A stretch of DNA of 64,000 nucleotides. It comes from an uncultured Chloroflexia bacterium. GTDB lineage: Bacteria > Chloroflexota > Anaerolineae > CG2-30-64-16. Position numbers and translations under genes: made by a program. Below the pieces are notes generated by a model. That model saw only the letters and a list, made by a program, of their open reading frames with translations. It searched no databases and had not been told where the DNA came from. The stretch is from the NCBI GenBank assembly GCA_963810095.1, contig CAWEMM010000010.1:224001-288000 (forward strand), read 5' to 3'. Below, piece after piece: positions 52,226-61,951 of this stretch (position 1 is its first letter; every line of letters starts with the position of its first letter).

Positions 52226-53257
52226 TCAAGTTAGGGGCTGATTTTCCCCCACGATCTTCAATACCCGCACGGCACGCAGGGTGACCCAGGGGCTGGGCTG
52301 ACCTTTGCGGCCGAAGCCGACCCAGGTCTTCGTTCCGTAGTGGTATTCGAGTGGCCACCTGCCTTCGGCGTCCTGCTTGTCGCGAATGATCTGCAAAGCG
52401 CGCCCCGTGCGAAGGTCTTGCCCGTACCCGAGGCCGGCGAGCGCCTCCACGTTCTGCAGCAGGTCGGTAATGTAGAAGACGGGGAAGCCGAACTTCCACC
52501 AGTCGCCGCTGGGCTTGCCGCCTGATGCGGTTGGGTAGGCGGCCGTGGCCGGGTCGGTGCCGAGCAGGAACTCGACGCCGCGTGCCATCGCTCGGTCCAA
52601 CGCAGGCGTGCGCCGGTCGGCCGGCCACTTCGTAACGGCCAGCATAAGCTTGACTGCCCCCCACGCACATGGTTGGCCGTTGTTTGCGCCGCACACGAAG
52701 TCCGGGCCGCAGGTATAGGCGTAGTAGCGGCGGGAGGCTTTGCGTTCCGTGCTCGGCGCGATGCCTTCCCCCGTCACGCTGCAGGCCAGCCAATCGAATG
52801 CCGCCTCCAGCCGGTCGTCCCGGCAGCCCAGTTCGAGCAAGGCCGCGCAGAGGTTGCCGTGGAGGCAGGCGATCGTCCCGGAAGGCCTGCCGTTGTAGCT
52901 GAACAGCCCACCGGGCGCCAGCGCGTGATCGAGGACGTACGCACAGGCAGTGGCAATGCGGGGGTCCTCGCCGATCCATGCGCCGAGTTGGGCCAGCATG
53001 ATGACCGACCAAACGGTGCCGTGGTATTTTGGCGCGTACCCACCGCCCGGCTGGACCCAATACCCGGCCTCGTTCATCTGATTGAGGATTTCCGCGATCG
53101 GGCCTTCCCGGTGCGCGGCCACGCGGGCTGACTTCAATTCCGGATCATCAGGGGGGAGGTCGCATAGGTCTCGCAGCGCTAGGTAGCGCACGCCCGGGTC
53201 GGGATGCGACAGCAGCCAGGGGAGCGGGTCGGCTTCGGTTTGAGCGAACCGAGGCAT
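52226..53257 (-). CDS. Prenyltransferase/squalene-cyclase-like alpha-barrel protein
   Basis: QW-like motifs QMNEAGYW and KQDAEGRW; FGFP.FY.TD. Confidence 0.75.
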   Translation of the reverse strand: MPRFAQTEADPLPWLLSHPDPGVRYLALRDLCDLPPDDPELKSARVAAHREGPIAEILNQMNEAGYWVQPGGGYAPKYHGTVWSVIMLAQLGAWIGEDPRIATACAYVLDHALAPGGLFSYNGRPSGTIACLHGNLCAALLELGCRDDRLEAAFDWLACSVTGEGIAPSTERKASRRYYAYTCGPDFVCGANNGQPCAWGAVKLMLAVTKWPADRRTPALDRAMARGVEFLLGTDPATAAYPTASGGKPSGDWWKFGFPVFYITDLLQNVEALAGLGYGQDLRTGRALQIIRDKQDAEGRWPLEYHYGTKTWVGFGRKGQPSPWVTLRAVRVLKIVGENQPLT

Positions 53258-53385
53258 AGGGCACGCTCCTTTCGTTTGAAGCTTTACATCCGGCGCGGTG
53301 CTTTGTCAATAGGGTCCGTCGAGCGGGTGCGGGCCGGAGCAGTGACTGCATGCACCGCGCCGGCCCGCAAAGATGGAGATGAACG

Positions 53386-54777
53386 CTACGCGATCTGCGG
53401 CAGCGTCTTCAACGATTCGGCCAGCGCCGCGGGGCTGAACCCGTCGTCGGTGAGTTGGCCCGCCAGGTAGGCGTCGTACGCGGCCATGTCGAAGTGGCCG
53501 TGGCCCGACAGGTTGAACAGGATCACCCGCTTTTCGTCCTTGGCCTTCGCGTCGAGCGCCTCGTCGATGGCGGCCCGGATCGCGTGCGTGCTCTCCGGCG
53601 CGGGCACCGTGGCCTCGGTCCGTGCAAACAGGATGCCGGCGTCGAAGCAGGCGTTCTGCTCGTACGCCCTCGGGGTGACGTGGCCGGTGCTGACGAGCAG
53701 CGACACGAGCGGCGCCATGCCGTGGTAGCGCAGGCCGCCCGCATGGATCGGCGACGGCTCGAAGTCGTGGCCCAGCGTGTGCATCTTGACGAGCGGCGTC
53801 ATGCCCACTGCGTCGCCGAAGTCGTACGTGTACTCGCCCCGCGTCAGGCTGGGGCAGGAGGCCGGCTCGGCCGCGATGAAGCGGGTTTGCTTGCCCTGCG
53901 TCAGGTTGCGCTCGATGAAGGGGAACGCGAGGCCCGCGAAGTTCGAACCGCCGCCGACACAGCCGATCACGACGTCAGGGTACTCCCCGATCTCCTGCAT
54001 CGCGTCCAGCGCCTCCTGGCCGATGACGGTCTGGTGCAGCAGCACGTGGTTGAGCACCGAGCCGAGCGAGTACTTCGTCTTGCCCCCGCTCATCGCGGCC
54101 ACCTCGACCGCTTCTGAGATCGCGATGCCGAGGCTGCCCGTGCTGTTGGGGTTCCGTGCCAGGACGGCCCGGCCCGCGTTGGTGAGTTCTGACGGGCTGG
54201 CGTGCACCTTCGCGCCGTACGTCTGCATGAGAGAGCGGCGATACGGCTTGTGCTCGTAGCTCACCTTCACCATGAAGACCTCGATGGCGATCTTGAACAT
54301 GTCGCCCGCAATCGACAGCGCCGAGCCCCACTGGCCTGCTCCGGTCTCGGTCGAAATCGAGTTGACGCCTTCCTGCTTATTGTAGTAGGCCTGCGCCAGC
54401 GCGGTGTTCAGCTTGTGGCTGCCGCTGGGGCTGCCGACTTCCGACTTGTAGTAGATGTGCGCCGGGGTGTCTAGCGCCTTCTCCAGGCGCACCGCCCGCA
54501 CGAGCGGGGTTGGCCGCCACAGGCGGTAAATCTCGCGCACCTCATCGGGGATCGGGATGTACTTCTCCTGGCTGACTTCCTGCATGATGCAGGCCATCGG
54601 AAACAGCACCGAGAGGTCGGCGGGGCCGATAGGCTGGTGCGTGCCCGGATGAAGCACGGGCGCGGGCGCCACGGGCAGGTCGGCCTGGACGTTGTACCAG
54701 TGGGTGGGCACGCGGGATTGGGGCAGAACGAGCCGGTAGTCTTCCTGAACGCCGTTGGATACTGGAGTGGTGGCCAT
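53386..54777 (-). CDS. trpB2: TrpB2 (tryptophan synthase beta type 2)
   Basis: [47 protein letters not shown]. Confidence 0.95.
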   Translation of the reverse strand: MATTPVSNGVQEDYRLVLPQSRVPTHWYNVQADLPVAPAPVLHPGTHQPIGPADLSVLFPMACIMQEVSQEKYIPIPDEVREIYRLWRPTPLVRAVRLEKALDTPAHIYYKSEVGSPSGSHKLNTALAQAYYNKQEGVNSISTETGAGQWGSALSIAGDMFKIAIEVFMVKVSYEHKPYRRSLMQTYGAKVHASPSELTNAGRAVLARNPNSTGSLGIAISEAVEVAAMSGGKTKYSLGSVLNHVLLHQTVIGQEALDAMQEIGEYPDVVIGCVGGGSNFAGLAFPFIERNLTQGKQTRFIAAEPASCPSLTRGEYTYDFGDAVGMTPLVKMHTLGHDFEPSPIHAGGLRYHGMAPLVSLLVSTGHVTPRAYEQNACFDAGILFARTEATVPAPESTHAIRAAIDEALDAKAKDEKRVILFNLSGHGHFDMAAYDAYLAGQLTDDGFSPAALAESLKTLPQIA

Positions 54778-54876
54778 GAGTTATCTCCCTCCGGTGGAAT
54801 GGTTAGGCGCGGGCGCATGCGGCGTGTTGCGCCGCACATTAGCGGAGGAGGAGGGAGCCGCCCGTCGCCTTAAATG

Positions 54877-55240
54877 CAAAACCCTCGCCCCTCAAGAGGG
54901 GACGAGGGCCTAAAGACCACCCGTGGTGCCACCCCAGTTAGGCCAGCGTCCATTGCCTGCCGGCTACGCGTCGCTGCCCTCGCTCTTTGCAGGGACGGGA
55001 CGCGGCGCCGGCCCAGCCTCCATGGCTGCCCGATACCTATCCGATCCCCTCGCCTCGCTAACGGTGGCGTACCGGCCCGGCCTACTCGATGGGTGACCGG
55101 CGGTCACACACTTTCAGCTGGCAGCTCCCCGGTCCATTCAGCCTGTGCGCCGGGACGGGCTTCGCAGCTTCGTCAGCACTGCTGACGCGCCCGCTCTCTG
55201 AGCCCGCGCCTTCAAACGTACTCGTCCGGTTCATCGCCTT
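54877..55240 (-). ncRNA. T-box riboswitch with Trp specifier and terminator
   Basis: GCGAUGAA..GAGUA, CAGAGA, GAA-UGG-A specifier (55134-55136), GGGUGGCACCACG T-box, hairpin CCCUCG...CGAGGG followed by UUUU. Confidence 0.9.
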
Positions 55241-55390
55241 TATGTGGCGTATTCAGTTGTGAGCGGGACTATAACACAGGGCGCGGGATCATGTCAAACG
55301 CGATTCCGGAAACCGAGTTGCGCCAGGAAACCTGGTTTCTGGCGCGCCCCTGTGTTAGAATCCGAGCATCTCTTTCAGGGCGAGGATGAG

Positions 55391-55726
55391 GTGGGCGCAG
55401 AGCACCTGGTCGTGTTGGTCACCGTCGGTACGCCGGAGGCCGGGCTGCAGCTAGGCCGGCAGTTGGTCGAAGAGCGGCTGGCAGCCTGCGTGCAGGTTCT
55501 GGGCGCGGGAACCGCGATTTATCGCTGGCAGGGCCAGCTTTACCAGGATCCCCAGGTGCAGCTGATCTTCAAGACCACGGCCGCCGCCTGGGAGCACCTG
55601 CAGGCCCGCATCGTCGAACTGCATACCGACGATGTGCCCGAGATCTTGGCCTTGCCCGTAGCAGACGGATGGCCGCCGTACCTCGCGTGGCTAAGCGAGT
55701 CGGTCGACGCGTCCCCAGGATCATGA
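55391..55726 (+). CDS. cutA: Divalent cation tolerance protein
   Basis: LVEERLAACVQ, YRWQG, KT, H..DVPEI, YLAWL. Confidence 0.9.
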   Translation: MGAEHLVVLVTVGTPEAGLQLGRQLVEERLAACVQVLGAGTAIYRWQGQLYQDPQVQLIFKTTAAAWEHLQARIVELHTDDVPEILALPVADGWPPYLAWLSESVDASPGS

Positions 55727-55743
55727 TCTTCTCCCGGTTGGAG

Positions 55744-55770
55744 TGATCCAATTTGTGCCTGTCGCTCGTA
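55744..55770 (+). promoter_or_regulatory. ECF autoregulatory promoter
   Basis: TGATCC-N17-CGTA directly upstream of the ECF gene. Confidence 0.65.
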
Positions 55771-55790
55771 CAATACTTTGGAGCCAGTAG

Positions 55791-56378
55791 GTGAGAAACG
55801 GGATGGCCAGCTCCGATATGGAGGACGGACAGTTGCTCCAGGCGGTCGCGCGCGGTGACCAGGATGCGCTGCTCACATTGCACCGGCGCTATGTGAACCT
55901 CGTGTACAGCATGGCCTGGCGGGTGCTGCAGGATGTGGGGCTTGCCGAAGAGGTCACGCAGGACATCTTCCTGAAGCTCTGGAACAAGGGGCACCAGTAC
56001 GACCCTGGCCGCGGCCGGTTTTCAAGCTGGCTGCTCAGCATCACCAAGTTCGCCGCGATTGACCGGCTGCGCCGCGAGGGCCGCCAGCCGAGACAAGCCG
56101 AGATCGCAACCGGCGACCAGGACGAAACGGCGGCGCTCGAGCGGCTTTTGCCGACCGATCACGCTGCATGGGAGCGGGGCCAGCACCTGCGCTTGCTGCT
56201 GGCACAACTGCCGCCCGAACAGCGTCAGATGATCGAGCTGGCATACTTTGGCGGATTATCGCATGCTGAGCTGGCAGACCAGCTTGGATTGCCGTTGGGC
56301 ACGGTTAAGGGACGCCTGCGGCTGGGATTGGAGAAGCTGAGAGCCCTGTGGCTGGACGAGACGGGGAAGAAGCGATGA
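55791..56378 (+). CDS. ECF sigma factor, SigK-like
   Basis: AEEVTQDIF..LW, SWL....K..AIDRLR, LAYFGGLS, PLGTVKGRLR. Confidence 0.93.
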   Translation: MRNGMASSDMEDGQLLQAVARGDQDALLTLHRRYVNLVYSMAWRVLQDVGLAEEVTQDIFLKLWNKGHQYDPGRGRFSSWLLSITKFAAIDRLRREGRQPRQAEIATGDQDETAALERLLPTDHAAWERGQHLRLLLAQLPPEQRQMIELAYFGGLSHAELADQLGLPLGTVKGRLRLGLEKLRALWLDETGKKR

Positions 56379-57106
56379 TGCAGCAAGATCACGATTGGTT
56401 TATTGACCTGATTCCCGCACACGCGATCGCTGCGACGCACGACGAGGAGCGCGCTGCGGTTGACGCGCACCTGAGGGGTTGCGCCGAGTGCCGGGCCCTC
56501 CTCGAGGAGTACCGCGGTTTGGCGGATGGCTTGCTGTTCGCCGCGCCGCTTGCGCCCGCGCGGGCCGGCCTGAACGAGGACCTGCGCAAGCGTCTCAACA
56601 CGCCCGTTTCCCGACCAACGCGCACCTGGTGGAGTTTCGTCCGCAAGCCGGCCTTTGTCATCGGCGCGGTCGCAATCGCCCTGCTGATCCTGACGAACTT
56701 CTACTGGGCCGGCCGGGTCGGCAAGCTCGAACGGCAGTCAGATGCGTTCGTTGCGCTGGCTCAGGCCCCCGGGATTTCGCTCCAGGTCGCCGACACCGCG
56801 GGCAGCACCTACGGGGACCGGAGCGCGGATGGCGTCGTGTACGTGCAGCCGGGGAGCAACGTGGCGCTCCTCTGCGTCTATGCGCTGCCGCAGCTTAGCC
56901 CGGACAAGACCTATCAGGCCTGGCTGGTCGAAGACGGAAAGCGCGTCAGCGCGGGCACCTTTGAGGTGAACCATGACGGGTACGGGGTGCTGATGATCCA
57001 GGCGAAGAAGCCGGTCAGCGACTACCAACAACTGGGGATCACCATCGAGCCTGCGGGCGGCAGCCCTGCGCCGACCACGCCGCGGGTGATGGGCAGCGCA
57101 CTTTAG
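56375..57106 (+). CDS. RskA-like anti-sigma factor with ZAS motif
   Basis: HLRGCAEC, one TM, YQAWL, SAG, ITIEP.GGS..PT. Confidence 0.92.
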   Translation: MMQQDHDWFIDLIPAHAIAATHDEERAAVDAHLRGCAECRALLEEYRGLADGLLFAAPLAPARAGLNEDLRKRLNTPVSRPTRTWWSFVRKPAFVIGAVAIALLILTNFYWAGRVGKLERQSDAFVALAQAPGISLQVADTAGSTYGDRSADGVVYVQPGSNVALLCVYALPQLSPDKTYQAWLVEDGKRVSAGTFEVNHDGYGVLMIQAKKPVSDYQQLGITIEPAGGSPAPTTPRVMGSAL

Positions 57107-57121
57107 CCGGCGCCGCTCATG

Positions 57122-57154
57122 AAAAGAAGGCTCCCATTTCGGGAGCCTTCTTTT
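57122..57154. terminator. Bidirectional intrinsic terminator
   Basis: AAAAGAAGGCTCCC-ATTTC-GGGAGCCTTCTTTT between convergent genes. Confidence 0.85.
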
Positions 57155-57166
57155 GTTTCTGCCGGC

Positions 57167-57673
57167 CTACTTCAAGGTCATCAGGTAGGCGACCAGGTCG
57201 TTCAGCTGCGTGTCGGTGAGAACCGTTTTGAACGACGGCATCACGCCCTGGGCGTAGTCCGGCACGACAAAGGCATTCGGGTCCACGATCGACGTGTGGA
57301 TGTACTGCTCGGCAGACTCGCCCTGCACCCTCGTGGCGGCCCGGCTCGCAATGCCCTGCACGCTGGGGCCGACGAGCTTCGTGCCGTCAAGCGTATGGCA
57401 GGTTTTACAGCCAGGGTTTGCGCCGATTGTTGCGGAGGCGAATAGGGTCTCGCCCGCCTTTGGATCTCCGGCCGCGGCCGCTGCTCCGCCCGAAGCCGCT
57501 GCACCCGCTGTCGTGGCGGTGGCTGTAGTCCCGGTCGCCGTGCCTCCGGTCCCGCCGGCGCTGCTGGTGGGCTGTGCCCCACCCTGGCTCGAAGCGCCTC
57601 CACTACCACCGCACGCTGCGGCGAGCGCCGCTACGACGAGCAGGGTAGCCAGTAAGTAGATGCTTTTCCTCAT
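57167..57673 (-). CDS. Monoheme cytochrome c lipoprotein
   Basis: Lipobox AAAC, Gly/Ala/Thr linker, CKTCH, GP, distal MP. Confidence 0.9.
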   Translation of the reverse strand: MRKSIYLLATLLVVAALAAACGGSGGASSQGGAQPTSSAGGTGGTATGTTATATTAGAAASGGAAAAAGDPKAGETLFASATIGANPGCKTCHTLDGTKLVGPSVQGIASRAATRVQGESAEQYIHTSIVDPNAFVVPDYAQGVMPSFKTVLTDTQLNDLVAYLMTLK

Positions 57674-57848
57674 GGTTCCTCTCCCACTTCAATACTTCCG
57701 GCGCAGCGTTACGGCCAGACCGTTTGCGCGTGCCGGTACATTAGGACAGTTGCGATTATCGCGCCGGATGGGGAAGAGAGCCGTGAGATGTTCTCCCATG
57801 CACAACTGCAGGTTCGTGGAAGTTTGAGCAACAAAAATAGCGCAGGTG

Positions 57849-58529
57849 TCAGTGACTCCCGTCACCAACCGGATTTGCGAGCTGCACCAGCCCTGCGCGA
57901 TCGAGGACATGAATCTGCCCTCTCTCCAGGCGGAGCAGCCCGCGTGCTTCCAGGTCCTTCAGGATGCGGCTGATCACTTCCCGCACGCTGCCGAGTTCAT
58001 CGGCCAGGCGCTGATGGGTGATTTGAACGGGGTTACAGTGGGCCAGCAGCGCCGCCGCCACCCGTTGATCGAGTCCGCTGAAGGCCATCTCTTCGATGCG
58101 CTGCATGAGCGCGACCACACGCTGTGAGATGAAGCGAAAGACAAACTCCCGAAACGCAGCCGAATCGACCATCAATCGGCGGAAGACCGGGCCGGGCAGC
58201 AGCAGCGCGGTGACGTCTGCTTCGGCGATGCTGCGAGCGGCGTAGGTCTCGCCGGCCAGCAGGCACGTTACGGTCAGGATGCAGGTATCGCCAGCGCGCA
58301 GCCGGTACAGCAGAATCTCGCGGCCCGACGCGCCCACCTTGACCACGCGGATGCTGCCCTTAAGCACGATCGGGAACGAGTGACACGGGCTGCCGAAGTC
58401 AAAGAGCGGCTGGCCTGCCTGAAGCTGCACCCGCTTGGCTTCGGCCAGCACTGCCGCATTCAAATGCGCCGGCAGGTCCTGGAAAGCGGGATGGGTCAGA
58501 AGCGCGTCGCCGGCGTCTGGATGCAGCAT
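57849..58529 (-). CDS. Crp/Fnr family regulator
   Basis: GSIRV...SGREILLY, GDTC.L, QRVA, THQRLADELGSVREVISRILK. Confidence 0.92.
   Translation of the reverse strand: MLHPDAGDALLTHPAFQDLPAHLNAAVLAEAKRVQLQAGQPLFDFGSPCHSFPIVLKGSIRVVKVGASGREILLYRLRAGDTCILTVTCLLAGETYAARSIAEADVTALLLPGPVFRRLMVDSAAFREFVFRFISQRVVALMQRIEEMAFSGLDQRVAAALLAHCNPVQITHQRLADELGSVREVISRILKDLEARGLLRLERGQIHVLDRAGLVQLANPVGDGSH
57851..57866 (-). promoter_or_regulatory. Palindrome GTGAC-N4-GTCAC upstream of the cytochrome c gene
   Basis: Perfect core at the 3' end of the Crp/Fnr gene, followed by GACAC as at 3011. Confidence 0.5.
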
Positions 58530-58709
58530 GGCTCGTTCTCCTTGCGATGGCTGATCGATAATACGCTTAGGAAGCGGTGCCCGGATCACCGGTGCGGGAG
58601 TCTTTCTCCAGAAACTCCGAGAGGCTCGTGCGCCAAAAGTCGTCCGCAGATGGTTCATTTGGCGGATCAAAGAAACAAGCGATGTCGTTATAGTTTGAGC
58701 AAGAGGATG

Positions 58710-58737
58710 TGATCCCGCTGCGCACCTCTGCCGGTAC
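58710..58737 (+). promoter_or_regulatory. Second putative ECF promoter
   Basis: TGATCC-N17-GGTAC, matching 55744-55771. Confidence 0.5.
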
Positions 58738-58800
58738 TGGGGGCTGCGCGGCGGATCTGCCTATCGAGACGAAGCGAGAGTAACGGAGGAAAGAGTAGCT

Positions 58801-59469
58801 ATGAAGAAATTTGCATTGATGCTGTTGGTTGTGGGCGTTATGGTGCTTGGCTTCGGCCTGATGACCGCGTTCGCCCAGGGCACGACGAGCGATTCGTCGG
58901 CGCAGAACACGGCCGTGACTGTTACGGTTACCGATACTAGCGTGACCATGTCGCCCCGAACGCTGCCCGCCAGCGTTCCCGTGACCTTCACTTTTACGAA
59001 CAACGGGCAGAACCCGCACGCGTTCGTTATCGAGAAGGCCGGCGCGACGAACACGCCGCTGACCAGCGGCAGCCAGACCGCGTCGTTCGACGCGATCAAC
59101 GCCGGTGGCAACTTCTCGACCACCTGGACGTTCACCGACCCGGGCGACTATCAGCTGGCCGCATACAAGAGCGGCACACTTGAGTCCGGTATGGTTGTGA
59201 CCTTCACCGTTGGCACCGCCCAGGCGGGCGCCACTGCATCGCCGACCGCGACGGCGACGACCGCTGTGACGAGCACGGCGACCGTGACGGCGACGACCGC
59301 GGCCACGAACACGACTTCTGGCTCGTCTGCAAGCACGAGCGCACAGACGCCGTCGAGCCTCCCGAGCACGGGTGGTGAGACGACCAACTGGGCGGCGATG
59401 CTGCTGGCGTTTGGTGTTGCGGCCCTCGTGCTCGGTGGCGCACTGACCTTTGCCCGCCGGTCGCGCTAA
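58801..59469 (+). CDS. Secreted cupredoxin-fold protein with Thr-rich linker and LPXTG-like anchor
   Basis: Signal peptide; VTFTFTN.G..PH, PGDY, SGM; LPSTG followed by a TM and RRSR. Confidence 0.82.
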   Translation: MKKFALMLLVVGVMVLGFGLMTAFAQGTTSDSSAQNTAVTVTVTDTSVTMSPRTLPASVPVTFTFTNNGQNPHAFVIEKAGATNTPLTSGSQTASFDAINAGGNFSTTWTFTDPGDYQLAAYKSGTLESGMVVTFTVGTAQAGATASPTATATTAVTSTATVTATTAATNTTSGSSASTSAQTPSSLPSTGGETTNWAAMLLAFGVAALVLGGALTFARRSR

Positions 59470-59577
59470 GTGAGCATGGCGCCGGCCAAGGCAGTCGTAT
59501 CCGGCTACTGAGCCTGCCCGTGCTCGCATCGCTTGCGTCGAAATGCAAGCGACGGCGGGCCCGGCGCCGCACGTGGA

Positions 59578-59620
59578 GAGGCCTCTGCGATCCCGCCAGT
59601 GGGATCGCAGAGGCCTTTTT
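59578..59620 (+). terminator. Intrinsic terminator
   Basis: AGGCCTCTGCGATCCC...GGGATCGCAGAGGCCTTTTT. Confidence 0.8.
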
Positions 59621-59621
59621 G

Positions 59622-60803
59622 CTAGAGCCGGGCCTGGATGACCCCGCGCTTGCCGTTCACCAGCCAGTCGGGGTCGCGAGCCTCGGCCAGTTCGGCCGAA
59701 CCGGGCGCGAGGCCCACCGCCACCTCCGACTTAAAGGTGCGCAGCGCCACCAGGGGTGCGGGAAAGTGCGCGGTGAGGTCGGCAAAGGAGGTGGTGTGGG
59801 GCCAATACAGGTCGCCAACGAGACGGCGGTAGTTGGCATCGCCCTTGACGATGACGATATCCAACCTGGCAAGGGCGGCGCGCAGATCTGCGGGCATATC
59901 ATGATAGAAAAGCGGCATACAATAGAAGGGGTGGGTTGTCGGGTGTAGCACGCCGGCTGCAACATGCCCGTCCATGCGCCGCCCCAGCCGGCCTGCCGCG
60001 CCGCCCGCGTCGGTAATTGCGTCGATGCCTTCGGCGAGGTCGGCAATCATCGCGTCTGAAACGTAGAACGGCTGCGGCTTGAGATGCAGATGCACCTCCG
60101 CCGCGATGTCCGTGCGCAGGAGGAAATCGGCCAGGGCCACGTCCATGAGCAGCTCGGTGCCCGCGTTGTCAGTGATAATGCCGACTTTGCCCCCGTCGCG
60201 CCCCAACAGGTGCCACAAGACCGCCTGCCCGTCGTCGACGAGCAAGTTGTCGCGTTCCGCCTCTGGTCCCGTCGTGGCCCCGAGGTGGGCCGCCACCATG
60301 TAGCTCAGGTCCGTGCGATTGCCCCATAGGCTGGCATGCAGGAGCTGCTCGAACTGCTGCTGTGGCTCTTGTTCCAGGCTGCCAAGCACTCGCTCGAGCG
60401 CGGCAGGGGCCGCTTCCGGCGCCCATTCACGGCGCTTGGTCGCGGCGAACGGGTCAAAGCCTTGCAGCGGACCGCGCTGGAAGTAGCGCGTGGCCTCGAG
60501 CAAGCGCCGGTAGAAAAAGGCCTCCGCCCAGTACCAGGGCACGTCGAGCCACGTCCGGCCGAAGTAATTCAGCGAGAGCCGGTTCCACTCGGCAACGTCG
60601 GGCGCGTCCTCGGTCAGCGGCACGATTTCTCCCGCCCTCAGCTCGGCGTGCAGGGATTCGAGGTCGTGCACTACGGAGGCTGGAAAGTCATTTGCCTCAA
60701 TGGTATCGCGCAGGATGCGCGGCACCCGCACTTTCAACGTGTTGTGGGCGAAGCTGCCGGGATCGGACGTCAGCAGGAGGGGTGGCAGCGGGTCTTCGTT
60801 CAC
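59622..60803 (-). CDS. Damage-control phosphatase (DUF89/ARMT1-like)
   Basis: SFA..T...RVP, LWGNRTDLS, DNAGTEL, FYVSD, KGDANYRRL, RTFKSE. Confidence 0.9.
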   Translation of the reverse strand: MNEDPLPPLLLTSDPGSFAHNTLKVRVPRILRDTIEANDFPASVVHDLESLHAELRAGEIVPLTEDAPDVAEWNRLSLNYFGRTWLDVPWYWAEAFFYRRLLEATRYFQRGPLQGFDPFAATKRREWAPEAAPAALERVLGSLEQEPQQQFEQLLHASLWGNRTDLSYMVAAHLGATTGPEAERDNLLVDDGQAVLWHLLGRDGGKVGIITDNAGTELLMDVALADFLLRTDIAAEVHLHLKPQPFYVSDAMIADLAEGIDAITDAGGAAGRLGRRMDGHVAAGVLHPTTHPFYCMPLFYHDMPADLRAALARLDIVIVKGDANYRRLVGDLYWPHTTSFADLTAHFPAPLVALRTFKSEVAVGLAPGSAELAEARDPDWLVNGKRGVIQARL

Positions 60804-61753
60804 GCAGCACTCGCCGCGGGCGCTGCGGCTGCGGAGAGCAGTTCCCTGATCTCGAGCGGCTCGCCTTTCCGTGCGTCGCGCACCAGCGTGAGCGCGCCCG
60901 TGCTGCACTTGTCGACGCACGCGCCGCACCCCATGCAGGCATCCCAATCGACCCGCGAGCGGCCGCCTTGGATATCGAGTGCGCCGAACTGGCACATCTC
61001 CACGCATTCGCCGCACCCGGCGCACAGCTCTTCGTCCGCCTGGCTGACATAGCCGGATGAGGCCAGCATTGGCACGCCGCTGAAGTGGGCTTGCATGGCG
61101 CCGCAGCAGCATTGACAGCAGTTGCAGATGGCGTAGAAGCGCCCCAGCATGGCGTCCTTGAAGAATGCGTGGTGCACGTGGCCGCGCGCGTGCTCTTCGG
61201 TCAGGATTTGCTCCGCGTCTTGGCGGGTGATCCAGCGGGTGCGCTCAGGGTGGTGTTCGGAAACGAAACTCGCGAACGGCTCGCCGACGATCAGGCACAC
61301 GTCGAGCGGTTGGCACGGGTTCTTCCGGGCCACCCGGCAGGGACAGTCGAGGGCCACGATGTGGTCGGGGTGTTTGAGCACGATGTCGCGCGCCAGCGCG
61401 TACGGGATGATCTGTTCGAGGTCGCCCAGATCCACGTCGCGCTCCACCCGCACCAGTTGGGTCGCGGCCTCCAGCGTGACGACCTTGCCGTGATAGGTAT
61501 CGGCAAAGCCGACCCCCGCGCTGGCTGCGACACTTTCGGCGGCCTCCCGGCGAATCAGGGCGTCGACCGCGCCGACGATGGGTTTCGCCAGCTTGGCGAC
61601 CGGGTGCTCGCCGGCCCCGAAGCCGATGTAGAGGTAGGGCCAACGCGCATAGACATAACCGTGCAGCCAATTGAAGAGCGAATAGCCGGGTAAGTTGCGC
61701 GCCTCCCGCATGAAGTCGCGGGTCGAGCGGCTGGGCAGGAGTGAAAACCGCAT
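60800..61753 (-). CDS. 4Fe-4S binding protein with Cys-rich N-terminal domain
   Basis: CPCR, C..LDVC, ICNCCQCCC, CAGCGECVEMC, CMGCGACVDKC. Confidence 0.88.
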   Translation of the reverse strand: MRFSLLPSRSTRDFMREARNLPGYSLFNWLHGYVYARWPYLYIGFGAGEHPVAKLAKPIVGAVDALIRREAAESVAASAGVGFADTYHGKVVTLEAATQLVRVERDVDLGDLEQIIPYALARDIVLKHPDHIVALDCPCRVARKNPCQPLDVCLIVGEPFASFVSEHHPERTRWITRQDAEQILTEEHARGHVHHAFFKDAMLGRFYAICNCCQCCCGAMQAHFSGVPMLASSGYVSQADEELCAGCGECVEMCQFGALDIQGGRSRVDWDACMGCGACVDKCSTGALTLVRDARKGEPLEIRELLSAAAAPAASAA

Positions 61754-61951
61754 GACATGCCTCCTCGCACTGTGCGTTGCTGGCGTGCCAGCATTTTACT
61801 TGCGTTCGTGCGACTGTGACAAGGGGCACATGTCGTAGAAGCGGGTCGCGCCTGCTGATTTGACCCGGCGATCGGAACCAAGCTTCTAGCCTTTGCCCTT
61901 CGGTTTGGGTAGGCTGGACATTCGAAATCAAACCGACAGGAGACGGGACTG

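Noticed and set aside
52226-53257. Nitrogenase-related or true squalene-hopene cyclase call
   Set aside because: No P-loop or NifH motifs, no DxDD motif, and too short for a full cyclase
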